From Thermoplasmata archaeon (GTDB taxonomy: Archaea > Thermoplasmatota > Thermoplasmata > Lutacidiplasmatales > UBA184): 64,000 bases of DNA. Each line of letters opens with the position of its first letter. Position 1 is the stretch's first letter. The stretch is taken from assembly GCA_052326445.1 (NCBI GenBank), contig JBKQNC010000017.1:129227-193226 (forward strand). The letters are read 5' to 3'. The position numbers were made by a program, and so were the translations under genes. Positions 9,898 to 18,672 of the stretch are shown piece after piece. The notes below the pieces were generated by a model. It had not been told where the DNA came from. It did no database searches and saw only the letters and a list, made by a program, of their open reading frames with translations.

Positions 9898-10207
9898 GCG
9901 GAGACCCTCCTCCGAATGACGGGCCCCCCCTCTTATCCCCGCTGGTCCACCCAGCCCGGGGTCTTTCCCTGCCCCGGGTCCTCAGACGCGGGGACTTGGG
10001 GGAGCGTCGAAGGACTCGGACGACGCTCCGTCCAGCGGGTGGAGAAGGGAGGGGACCAGGGGACACCCATCCTTTCCCGAGGCACTCGATTCCACTCCGC
10101 GGAGCACGAACGGGTCTGTCAGGGTCGAGTCCGGCGCAGAGCACCCGGACCCCCAGGGGAGGAATCTCGCCGCGAGGGGGCGGAGACCGTTCGATCGACT
10201 TATTAAA

Positions 10208-10221
10208 TGAGTGTCGTCTCA
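10208..10221. promoter_or_regulatory. Putative TetR operator, TGAGT-N4-TCTCA
   Basis: Imperfect palindrome just downstream of AT-rich TATTAAA; near-identical to the site at 10836. Confidence 0.55.
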
Positions 10222-10239
10222 GTTAAAACGACGGTTTCT

Positions 10240-10818
10240 GTGGCTCGACCGAAAAGCGAAGATAAACGCAACGCCATTCTGGGGGCTGCGACCCGGGTCT
10301 TCGCAAAGGATGGGCTGGGGGCCCCGACGTCGGCCATCTCCCAAGCGGCGGGGGTGGCGGAGGGCACCTTGTTTACCTACTTTCCCACCAAGGACGACCT
10401 GGTCAATGGCGTCTACCAGGACATCAAGGCCGAACTCTCGAGCGCGGTGTTCTCGTCGTATCCGAGGAAGAAAGGTGTCCGGGTCCGCCTCCGACACGTG
10501 TGGACCCGCTACGTGGATTGGGGGGCCACGCACCCCGAGGCCCACCAGGTCCTCAAGGAGATCGAGCTGTGGGGGGGCCTGACGGGGGAGTCGAAGGCGA
10601 AGGACTCGGCGAGCCGGGCCGAATTGACGGCCTTGGCTCGGGCGTTACGCGAGCAGCGCCTCGTGCGAAAGGACCTGTCGGACGAGTATATCGGAATAGT
10701 CGTCAACGCAGTACAGGAAATGACCATCTCCTTGATGATCCGAGACCCGACCCACGCGGCGCGCTACCGGACGAATGGCTTCGAGGTACTCTGGGCCGGC
10801 CTGGCACGTCAACCCTGA
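10240..10818 (+). CDS. TetR/AcrR-family transcriptional regulator
   Basis: ARPKSEDKRNAIL.AA..VFA..G, ISQAAGVAEGTLFTYFPTKDDL HTH; GTG start at 10240 preferred. Confidence 0.9.
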   Translation: MARPKSEDKRNAILGAATRVFAKDGLGAPTSAISQAAGVAEGTLFTYFPTKDDLVNGVYQDIKAELSSAVFSSYPRKKGVRVRLRHVWTRYVDWGATHPEAHQVLKEIELWGGLTGESKAKDSASRAELTALARALREQRLVRKDLSDEYIGIVVNAVQEMTISLMIRDPTHAARYRTNGFEVLWAGLARQP

Positions 10819-10835
10819 ACCCCGACATAAATGAG

Positions 10836-10849
10836 TGAGTAAACACTCA
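10836..10849. promoter_or_regulatory. Putative TetR operator, TGAGT-AAAC-ACTCA
   Basis: Perfect 5-bp inverted repeat between tetR and the SDR gene. Confidence 0.6.
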
Positions 10850-10876
10850 AATACTCCTGATCCCTTGGGGGGAATC

Positions 10877-11839
10877 ATGCCGACATGGAGCGAGGCAGAC
10901 ATCCCCTCTCAGAAGGGCCGATTGGCGATCGTGACCGGTGGCAACAGCGGACTCGGATGGTGTGCCACCCTGGGACTTGCGCGCGCCGGGGCCGACGTGG
11001 TCGTAGCTACCCGCTCCGCGGAACGGGCGCGGGAGGCGATGGAGCGGATTCGTTCCGTCGTGCCCGACGCCTCCCTGCGGCTCGAGGCTCTCGACCTCGC
11101 CAGCCTCCCATCGGTCCGCGCCTTTGCGGACCGAGTGGGTCGACTCCCGAAGGTCGACCTCTTGGTGAACAACGCGGGCGTCATGTTCGTCCCACAGCGG
11201 CAGCTTACCGAGGATGGGTTCGAACGCCAGTTCGGTACCAATTATCTCGGCCCGTTCGCGTTGACCTTGGGGCTGATGCCCGCTCTCCTTCGATCGCCTT
11301 CTCCGAGGGTGACGACGGTGTCGAGCGCCTCGGCCAACGGTGGAAAGAAGCGGATCATGTTTGAGGATCTCCAATGGGATCGTTCGTACGCTCACTATGC
11401 GGCCTACTGCCAATCGAAGCTCGCCGACCTCATGTTTGCGCTGGAGCTCGCCCGGCGTTCGGAGGCCGCAGGGCTCCCGTTGATCAGCACTGCCTGCCAC
11501 CCCGGAGTGGCCCGAACCAACCTTCAGTCGAGTGGCCGAGGTGGCCCGCCCAGTGTCGGATTCCGGCTGATCCTGCACTTCATGGCCCAAGACGCCGCCT
11601 TGGGGGCCCGGTCCATCCTGCGAGCGGCCACCGACCCGACGGCGACCTCGGGAAGCTACTACGGGCCCGAACGCGGGATGAAGGGCGACCCAGTACCTTG
11701 CCCCGTCTACGCCCCGGCTTTAGACCTCAAGGCGAGCGCGCAACTTTGGGAAACCTCGGAACGGCTCACGGGGGCACGCTGGGAGTTCGTTTCAGCCTCC
11801 CTCCACTGGGCGACCGCGCGGCCAACGGCCACCGCGTAG
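10877..11839 (+). CDS. Short-chain dehydrogenase/reductase (retinol-DH/WWOX-like)
   Basis: TGGNSGLG, LDLASL.SVR, NNAG, YCQSK, CHPG; ATG at 10877. Confidence 0.92.
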   Translation: MPTWSEADIPSQKGRLAIVTGGNSGLGWCATLGLARAGADVVVATRSAERAREAMERIRSVVPDASLRLEALDLASLPSVRAFADRVGRLPKVDLLVNNAGVMFVPQRQLTEDGFERQFGTNYLGPFALTLGLMPALLRSPSPRVTTVSSASANGGKKRIMFEDLQWDRSYAHYAAYCQSKLADLMFALELARRSEAAGLPLISTACHPGVARTNLQSSGRGGPPSVGFRLILHFMAQDAALGARSILRAATDPTATSGSYYGPERGMKGDPVPCPVYAPALDLKASAQLWETSERLTGARWEFVSASLHWATARPTATA

Positions 11840-11985
11840 GCCCACGACCTTGAAGTCGACCTTTGCCCCGGCCGACGGGAACCCGGCACTCTGCGACGGG
11901 TCCAAGACTTGGGGTTTCCCCTGCGATCCGTCGGGTGGCCCGGGACCTCTCGCCGTAGGGGAGAGAGACTCGCTCGCTAGGTCCA

Positions 11986-12148
11986 TGGGAGCAGGGGGAT
12001 TTGAACCCCCATATGCGGGTCTCTCCGCGCGCTCCAGTCAATCGTCACGGGGGCGGGGACCGCCCCTCCGCAGACCCATTGTATCACAGGGGGCTCGAAA
12101 GCCACCCTGACTGGAGCCCGCTGGTCTACCAAGTTAGCCTATGCTCCC
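11986..12148 (-). tRNA. tRNA-Trp(CCA) with a 90-nt intron at 37/38 (intron 12021-12110)
   Basis: Acceptor GGGAGCA/TGCTCCC, anticodon stem GCGGG/CCCGC with CT-CCA-G, T-arm GGGGG-TTCAAAT-CCCCC; CTCC/GGAG central helix of a BHB-like splice motif; no encoded CCA. Confidence 0.92.
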
Positions 12149-12264
12149 TCCGCCTTTTCCCAGTGGACGGGCAAGATATCCTTTGCTGAGGGGCGCCGCC
12201 GCCACCCTCGCGCGCCGTCCCCGTTCGGGAACCTTTATGTTCAATCGCATTTGCCTGGAGTATA

Positions 12265-13305
12265 ATGTCATTGAATTCTACCCCGGACGGTCCACGGTCC
12301 GTCACCGGAACCCTGGTGGTGGTCGCGATCCTGTTGGCCGCGGGGGTCGCGGTGATCGCGACGGCGGCGTACTACGGGGCCCGCGGAACGACCACCGTGG
12401 GCACCGTCACCGTCGTGGACGACCTCGGTCGGACCGTCACGGCCCCGGCCGATGCGAGCCGCATCGTCGTGCTCGCGCCCAGCGTGATGGACATCGTCTA
12501 TCGCCTGGGGCTGCGCGACCGGGTCGTCGGCATCGGGTGCACCCCACAGCTGTACGGAGGGATGTTGGACGAGTATTCCCCGAACCAGACCACGGCGTGG
12601 AACCTGACGAGCTCGATGTGCGTGACCGACTTCCCGACCTTGAACACCGAGGAGGTCGCGACCCTCGCTCCGGAGCTGGTCCTCGCGTCGACGCTCACGT
12701 CCGCCACGGATGTGGCCACCCTGACCACTACCTACGACCTCCCCGTCATCCTCCTCGCCCCGTCCACCCTGGACGGGGTCGTGGGGGACGTGAACCTCGT
12801 CGCCGAGCTCTTCCCGAGCGCACGGTCGACCGCCAATGCGCTGGATGCGACCCTCGCAGGGAACCTGGCGAACGCGACCGCGTTCGACAACCTCCTCTCG
12901 GACAACGGAACCCGGATCCCCTCGGTCCTTCTGACGTACTACTTTGACGGAGGAGGGTACTACACCTACGGTCCGGGGACGTTCGGACAATCGCTCGTGG
13001 ACCTCGCCGATGGCTCGAGCGTCTCCGCCGGCGTTCCCCTCGAGTACGCCGAGATCAATGCGACCGTCGTGCTCGCGGACCAGCCCAATGTCGTGATCTA
13101 CGGCACCAGCTGGAACGACCCCTTCCTCGTGTCGAACGAGACACCGTCCGTCTGGTCGAGCGCTCCCTACTGGGGGCAGCTGAATAGTTCGAAGATCCCG
13201 ATCGACGTGACCCTGCTCACCGAGGCCGACCCTTCGATGCTGCTCGAGCTCCCCTGGTTCCTTTACTGGCTGCACCCGAGCCTCGCCCCCATGCCGTCGG
13301 ACTGA
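12265..13305 (+). CDS. ABC substrate-binding protein, cobalamin/iron-chelate (BtuF-like)
   Basis: N-terminal TM, TVVDDLGRTV, RIVVLAPS, EEVATLAPELVL; many N-x-S/T sequons. Confidence 0.85.
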   Translation: MSLNSTPDGPRSVTGTLVVVAILLAAGVAVIATAAYYGARGTTTVGTVTVVDDLGRTVTAPADASRIVVLAPSVMDIVYRLGLRDRVVGIGCTPQLYGGMLDEYSPNQTTAWNLTSSMCVTDFPTLNTEEVATLAPELVLASTLTSATDVATLTTTYDLPVILLAPSTLDGVVGDVNLVAELFPSARSTANALDATLAGNLANATAFDNLLSDNGTRIPSVLLTYYFDGGGYYTYGPGTFGQSLVDLADGSSVSAGVPLEYAEINATVVLADQPNVVIYGTSWNDPFLVSNETPSVWSSAPYWGQLNSSKIPIDVTLLTEADPSMLLELPWFLYWLHPSLAPMPSD

Positions 13306-13323
13306 GCCCGTCGTCAGGAACGC

Positions 13324-14454
13324 ATGGTGGCGACCCTCCCGGCCGTGGACGGGGGGCCTCCCCTCCTTTCCCCCCGCCGCGGCCGCCGATGGCTGGTGCT
13401 GGGGATCCTCCTCGTCGGTCTCGCACTGCTCGTCGTCTTCTCCACGATCGTCGGCCCCTTGACCGGCTCCTTGGTGATCCCCTGGCCGACGGTGCTCTGG
13501 ATCGTGGGGTACCACCTGACGGGCGGTCTCCTCCCGTCGGCCCCATGTCCCCCCTCGCTGAGCGGAATGACGTGCACCATTCAGACCGAGATCGTCTGGG
13601 GCGCCCGCTTCCCTCCCCTCCTCCTGGCGGTGCTGGTCGGAGCCGCGCTGGGCATCTCGGGCGGCGCGCTCCAGGGAGTGTTCCGAAACCCGTTGGTCGA
13701 CCCGTACCTCCTCGGTCTGTCGACCGGGGCCGCCGTGGGCGCGTCCATCCTCTTCACATTCAACCTCGCTCCGGCGGAACAGGCGACGGTCCTGCCCGTC
13801 CTCGCATTCGTGGGTGGCCTCGTCCCGGGCACGGTGGTCTACCTCGCCGCCGGCGGCCGCGCGCGGTCGGTCGAGACGTTGCTCCTCACCGGGGTGGCGC
13901 TCAACTTCCTGTTCTCCGCGGTGCTGGATGCCCTCCTCCTCTACAACCCCTCGAGTGGCGTGCAGGTCAACTTCTGGTTGCTCGGGGGGCTGAGCGATGC
14001 GACGTGGAGCCGTGACGCGATCGTCTTCGGTGTCCTCCTGATCGCCGGGACGCTGATCGCCCTCCACGGACGCTCCCTGAACGTGCTGCAACTCGGGCGC
14101 GAGGTCGCGGAAAGCGTGGGCGTGGACGCGCGCCGCACGACCCGACGGGTCATTCTCCTCTCCACGCTACTCACCGCGGTCGCGGTCGCGTTCACGGGGG
14201 TGATCGGGTTTGTCGGCTTGGTCTCCCCCCACGTCGTTCGACGCTTGGTCGGTCCCGACTACCGCGTCGTACTGCCCATCTCGGGCCTCTTCGGCGCCGG
14301 CTTCCTCGTCCTGGCGTGGGACCTCGCCCAGTCGGTCGTCCCGTCGGTGGTGATCCCCGTCGGGATCCCGACGGCGTTCGCCGGAGCCCCGTTCTTTCTC
14401 TACCTGCTCTACCGCCGGCAGGGCCTCGGCACTGGCGGGAGGCCCAACTCATGA
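13324..14454 (+). CDS. FecCD/BtuC-family ABC permease
   Basis: QGVFRNPLVDPYLLG, A.SVGVD, GVIGFVGLVSPH, GAPFFLYLL. Confidence 0.92.
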   Translation: MVATLPAVDGGPPLLSPRRGRRWLVLGILLVGLALLVVFSTIVGPLTGSLVIPWPTVLWIVGYHLTGGLLPSAPCPPSLSGMTCTIQTEIVWGARFPPLLLAVLVGAALGISGGALQGVFRNPLVDPYLLGLSTGAAVGASILFTFNLAPAEQATVLPVLAFVGGLVPGTVVYLAAGGRARSVETLLLTGVALNFLFSAVLDALLLYNPSSGVQVNFWLLGGLSDATWSRDAIVFGVLLIAGTLIALHGRSLNVLQLGREVAESVGVDARRTTRRVILLSTLLTAVAVAFTGVIGFVGLVSPHVVRRLVGPDYRVVLPISGLFGAGFLVLAWDLAQSVVPSVVIPVGIPTAFAGAPFFLYLLYRRQGLGTGGRPNS

Positions 14455-15773
14455 GTGGGGACTTCGCCCCACCTCTGCGCGTCGAGGCCGCCTCGGTCCG
14501 ATACCGCGACCAGGTCGCGGTCCGGTCGGTCAGCCTGTCGGTTCCCCGGGGCGAAGTGCTCGCCCTGGCCGGGCCCAACGGGTCGGGCAAGTCCAGTCTT
14601 CTCCGGGCCATCGCGGGTCTCGAACCTCTTTCCGAGGGCACCGTGCATCTGCTCGGTCGATCGCTCGGCTCGCTTTCCCTCCGGGAACGGGCCCGTGTCG
14701 TGGCGTGGATGCCCCAGGAGGAGGCGGCCGGCGACAACGTCCCCCTCGTCGACTACGTCCGCTACGGTCGCTTTGCCCACATTCCCCCGCTCGCTCCCGA
14801 ACGGGCCGCGGACGTCCGGGCGGTCGCCGCGGCGCTCGCGGATGCCGACGTGACCGAGTTTGCGCGTCGCGGGGTCCAGGAGCTGAGCGGAGGCGAACGG
14901 CAGCGAGCCCGGCTGGCGCGCGTACTGGCCCAGGAGACCCCTATCCTCCTTCTGGACGAAGCCACGGCGCACCTGGACGTCGGCCACCAGCTCGACCTCC
15001 TCGTTCGCATCCGACGGATCGCCCGTCGTGACGGGCGCGCGGTCATCCTGGCGCTGCACGACCTCAACCTCGCGGCCCGGTTCGCGGACCGCGTCGCCGT
15101 GCTCTCGCACGGACAGCTCGTCGCGGAAGGTGCGCCGGCCGCGATCCTGTCCCCCGAACTCCTGGCGCGGGTCTGGGGCGTCGTCGCCGAGGTGCGCCGC
15201 GACGCGGCCACCGGGCTTCCCTACCTCATTCCCCAGCTCCCGTTGGGCCCGGACCCGGTCTCGGTCCGGCCGGCCCGACGCGTGCGGGTGCATGTCGTCG
15301 CCGGGGGCGGAACAGGAGTACCCTTCTTGCGCCGGCTGGTGGAGGAAGGCTACGAGGTCTCGGCCGGCGCGCTCCCCCTGTTCGACTCGGACACCGAGGC
15401 GGCCGAGGCGCTCGGCGTCCCGGTGGCGGTCGAGATCCCCTTCGCCCCGCTCGGTGCGGAAGCCCGCGCCCGGAACCGGCTCTTGCTGGCGACCGCGAAG
15501 GCCATCGTGGTCGCGCCGTTCCCTGTCGGGCCCTCCAACCTCGCCAACCTCGAGGACCTCGGTGAGTTTTCGGCCCGGGTCCCCATCTTCCTGGTCGATC
15601 CCCCGAAGGGTACCTCCCTCGAGTTTGCAGACGGGAGGGCGACCGAGGTCCGAGCGCAGCTCCTGCGCGAGGGGGCGGTGCCGGTGGCCGACGTCCCGTC
15701 GCTACTTGCGGCGCTGGCGGCGCGCCTGGGGTCGCCGAGGGGCCCGGCGGCCAACTCCCCGTCGCAGTGGTAG
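14451..15773 (+). CDS. BtuD/FepC-like ABC ATPase with extra C-terminal domain
   Basis: GPNGSGKS, LSGGERQR, LLLDE, HDLNLA; ATGA overlap with the permease stop. Confidence 0.88.
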   Translation: MSGDFAPPLRVEAASVRYRDQVAVRSVSLSVPRGEVLALAGPNGSGKSSLLRAIAGLEPLSEGTVHLLGRSLGSLSLRERARVVAWMPQEEAAGDNVPLVDYVRYGRFAHIPPLAPERAADVRAVAAALADADVTEFARRGVQELSGGERQRARLARVLAQETPILLLDEATAHLDVGHQLDLLVRIRRIARRDGRAVILALHDLNLAARFADRVAVLSHGQLVAEGAPAAILSPELLARVWGVVAEVRRDAATGLPYLIPQLPLGPDPVSVRPARRVRVHVVAGGGTGVPFLRRLVEEGYEVSAGALPLFDSDTEAAEALGVPVAVEIPFAPLGAEARARNRLLLATAKAIVVAPFPVGPSNLANLEDLGEFSARVPIFLVDPPKGTSLEFADGRATEVRAQLLREGAVPVADVPSLLAALAARLGSPRGPAANSPSQW

Positions 15774-16577
15774 AAACTCGAGACTCGGGGTCTCGGGCCG
15801 GTCGAACTGCACGAAGAGCCGCGGCAGGTCCCGGTCCGTCACGACGACGGTCCCATCGACCCCTAGCTCGGTCGCCTCCGCCAGCGCGGACGCAACGCCG
15901 AACCGGACGAACGGCCGGGCGGGGACCGCCCGGACCAGCACGTGGAGCGCCCCGAGTCCGAACACGGCGAGGAGCCCCGGACGGGCGGCGTCGAGGGTGG
16001 CCCGTACTTCCCGGGGCAAGGCGCGGTCGGAGATGCGGTCGCTGGGGAGAGCGATGACCTGGAGGCGGCCGTGGGGGAGGGGTACGATCCCCTCCAGCTC
16101 TCCCACCTCGACCAGCTCCCCGGTCTCGGCGGCCCGGCTGGCCCGTCCCCGGGACCCCCCCGCCGACCCGGGCGTCGCCGTCAGCACCCCATCCCGGATC
16201 TCGAGTCGGACCACTTCGCCGGCCCCAATCGGGGCCGCGGCGACCGCGGGGGTCGTACGGACGATGTGGAGCCGGTCGAGACGCTCTGCGAGGTCGTCCC
16301 GGACGCTGCCGAGCGCCGAGTGCAGCCAGTCGACGCCCCGGACGGTCGGGCGGTATCTTCCCTCCCGGAGCTCGACCAAGCCGCGGCGGGCGAGGCTACG
16401 GAAGGTGTGGGAGGCGGCCTGGACCGAAAGGCCGAGTCGCTCGGCGATGCTCCGCAGCTGGCCGACCTCGCGGGTCTCGCACTCGTACAGGAACAATAGG
16501 TCGCTCACGGCGCCCGAGCGGCGGAGGGTGGAGAGGCCTCCCCAGCGGAGCGATTTCGACGGTCGTCGTGGAGGCAC
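15702..16577 (-). CDS. Winged-helix transcriptional regulator (COG1497-like)
   Basis: LRSIAERLGLSVQAASH...L...GLVE...GRY..T..GVDWL; start (GTG 16577) uncertain. Confidence 0.7.
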   Translation of the reverse strand: MPPRRPSKSLRWGGLSTLRRSGAVSDLLFLYECETREVGQLRSIAERLGLSVQAASHTFRSLARRGLVELREGRYRPTVRGVDWLHSALGSVRDDLAERLDRLHIVRTTPAVAAAPIGAGEVVRLEIRDGVLTATPGSAGGSRGRASRAAETGELVEVGELEGIVPLPHGRLQVIALPSDRISDRALPREVRATLDAARPGLLAVFGLGALHVLVRAVPARPFVRFGVASALAEATELGVDGTVVVTDRDLPRLFVQFDRPETPSLEFLPLRRGVGRRAPRRPQARRQRRK

Positions 16578-16629
16578 GATTCCGGGACACCGGCGCGGGT
16601 ACAATACGCCGAGGACCCGGGCGCTCGGG

Positions 16630-18672
16630 CTAGGCCTTGGCCGCTGCCGCCGGTCGGCGGTCGGGCGAGGCCGCCGAGTCGCGTTTGATCTCGCGGATGC
16701 GGTCGCGGATCCGGGCCGCCTCCTCGAAATCGAGGCGCTCCGCGGCGAGGCGCATCTCCTCCTCAAGGTTCGCGAGCAGGAGCGGGAGCTTCTCCTTCCA
16801 CTTCTTCCCGAGCCCCGAGGTCGAGAGCTCGGAGGATCCCTCGGCGGTCCCGAGGAGCGCGCGGACCTCCTTCTGGACCGACTCGGGCACGATCCCGTTC
16901 GACCGGTTGTATTCGACCTGGGCCGTGCGCCGGCGGGCCATCTCGTCGATCGCCCGCCGCATCGAGCCGGTGGTCCGGTCCGCATACAGCACGACCTTGC
17001 CCCGCATGTTGCGGCTCGCGCGCCCGGCGGTCTGGACGATGGAGGTCTCGCTGCGCAAGTACCCCTCCTTGTCGGCGTCCAGAATCGCGACGAAGCTCAC
17101 CTCGGGCAGGTCGAGCCCTTCCCGGAGCAGGTTGATGCCGACGAGCACGTCGAACTGGCCCAGTCGAAGGTCGCGCAGCACCTCGACCCGCTTCAGGGTC
17201 TCGACCTCGGAGTGGAGGTAGCGGACCTTGAGCCCGAGCTTCGCGAGGTAGTTCGCGAGCTCCTCGCTGGTTCGCTTCGTGAGCGTCGTGACCAGTGCGC
17301 GGTCCCCGTCGGCGATGACGCGTCGAAGTTCGCCGACCAGGTCCTCGATGTGTCCCGTGAGGGGGCGCACCTCGATCGGCGGGTCGACGAGGCCGGTCGG
17401 ACGGATGATCTGCTCGACGACCCCCTTCGACACCTTGTGCTCGAACGGTCCCGGCGTGGCCGATACGAAGACCGCCTGCGGGACGTGGGAGAGGAACTCG
17501 GGGAAGGTCAGAGGGCGGTTGTCGCGACAGGACGGGAGCCGCCATCCGAACTCGACGAGATTGTCCTTCCGGCTCCGGTCGCCCTTGTACATCCCCTGGA
17601 GCTGGGGGATCGTCGCGTGGGACTCGTCGAGGAAGACCAGCATGTCCTTCGGGAAGAAGTCGAGGAGGGTATACGGCGGCTCGCCCGGCTTTCGACCGGC
17701 GAAGTAGCGCGAATAGTTCTCGACCCCCGAGCAGTAGCCGGTCTCCCGGAGCATCTCGAGGTCGTAGTTGACCCGACCCTTGAGGCGCTGGGCCTCGACG
17801 ATCTTCTCCGCGTCGGCGAGCTCCTTCACGCGCACGTCCCGTTCTTGCTCGATCTCGTGGAGGATGCCGCGCATCCGTTCATCGACGGTCAGGAAATGGG
17901 TCGCCGGGAACACCGAGAGCTGGTTCAGGTCCCGTCGCTCCTCCCGGGTGACCGGGTCGAGCTCCGTGATCGAGGAGACGACCCGCCCGTCGAGGACGAT
18001 CCGGTGGACGGTCTCGCCCGCGCCCATGACATCGAGCGTTCCGCCGCGGACCCGGAACCGACCTCGTTTCAACTCGACGTCGTTGCGCTGGTACTTCATC
18101 CGGATGAGATGGTCGATCAGTTCCTGCCGACCGATGTCCTGGCCGACATGGAGCTCGACCACGGAGGCGCGGTAGTCCTCGGGGGACCCGAGGCCGTAGA
18201 TGCAGCTCACGGAGGCGACGACCAGGACGTCCCGTCGGGTGAGCAGGGCCTGGGTCGCCCGGTGGCGAAGTCGGTCGATCTCCTCGTTGATCGACATGTC
18301 CTTCTCGATGTACAGGTCGATCTGCGGGACGTACGCCTCGGGCTGGTAGTAGTCGTAGTAGCTGACGAAGTACTCCACCGCGTTGTTCGGGAACAGCGCG
18401 CGGAACTCGCTCACGAGCTGGGCCGCGAGCGTCTTGTTGGGGCTCACGACGAGCGTCGGGCGCTGCAACCGCTGGACAGTGTGCGCCATCGTGAACGTCT
18501 TGCCGCTGCCCGTGACGCCGAGGAGCGTGACGTACTTCTCCCGTCGGGTGAGCCGCGCAACGACCTCCTCGATCGCCTTCGGTTGGTCCCCTTGCGGGAC
18601 CATGTCGGTCTCGAGCTCGAAGTGACCCGGAAGCTCGGGCTCGACCTGGGCGGGCGCCGCCTTCGGGCTCAC
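16630..18672 (-). CDS. uvrB: Excinuclease ABC subunit B
   Basis: GDQPKAI, GVTGSGKT, YFVSYYDYYQPEAY, DESH, GINLLREGLDLPEV, FEEAARIRD. Confidence 0.97.
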   Translation of the reverse strand: MSPKAAPAQVEPELPGHFELETDMVPQGDQPKAIEEVVARLTRREKYVTLLGVTGSGKTFTMAHTVQRLQRPTLVVSPNKTLAAQLVSEFRALFPNNAVEYFVSYYDYYQPEAYVPQIDLYIEKDMSINEEIDRLRHRATQALLTRRDVLVVASVSCIYGLGSPEDYRASVVELHVGQDIGRQELIDHLIRMKYQRNDVELKRGRFRVRGGTLDVMGAGETVHRIVLDGRVVSSITELDPVTREERRDLNQLSVFPATHFLTVDERMRGILHEIEQERDVRVKELADAEKIVEAQRLKGRVNYDLEMLRETGYCSGVENYSRYFAGRKPGEPPYTLLDFFPKDMLVFLDESHATIPQLQGMYKGDRSRKDNLVEFGWRLPSCRDNRPLTFPEFLSHVPQAVFVSATPGPFEHKVSKGVVEQIIRPTGLVDPPIEVRPLTGHIEDLVGELRRVIADGDRALVTTLTKRTSEELANYLAKLGLKVRYLHSEVETLKRVEVLRDLRLGQFDVLVGINLLREGLDLPEVSFVAILDADKEGYLRSETSIVQTAGRASRNMRGKVVLYADRTTGSMRRAIDEMARRRTAQVEYNRSNGIVPESVQKEVRALLGTAEGSSELSTSGLGKKWKEKLPLLLANLEEEMRLAAERLDFEEAARIRDRIREIKRDSAASPDRRPAAAAKA

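Noticed and set aside
9898..10206. att duplication of the tRNA 3' end, or SRP/RNase P RNA
   Set aside because: No repeat of the tRNA-Trp 3' sequence and no SRP or RNase P signature recognised.
12149..12264. Cobalamin riboswitch upstream of the Btu-like operon
   Set aside because: TATA-like CTTTATG lies ~25 nt before the ATG; no space and no B12-box seen.
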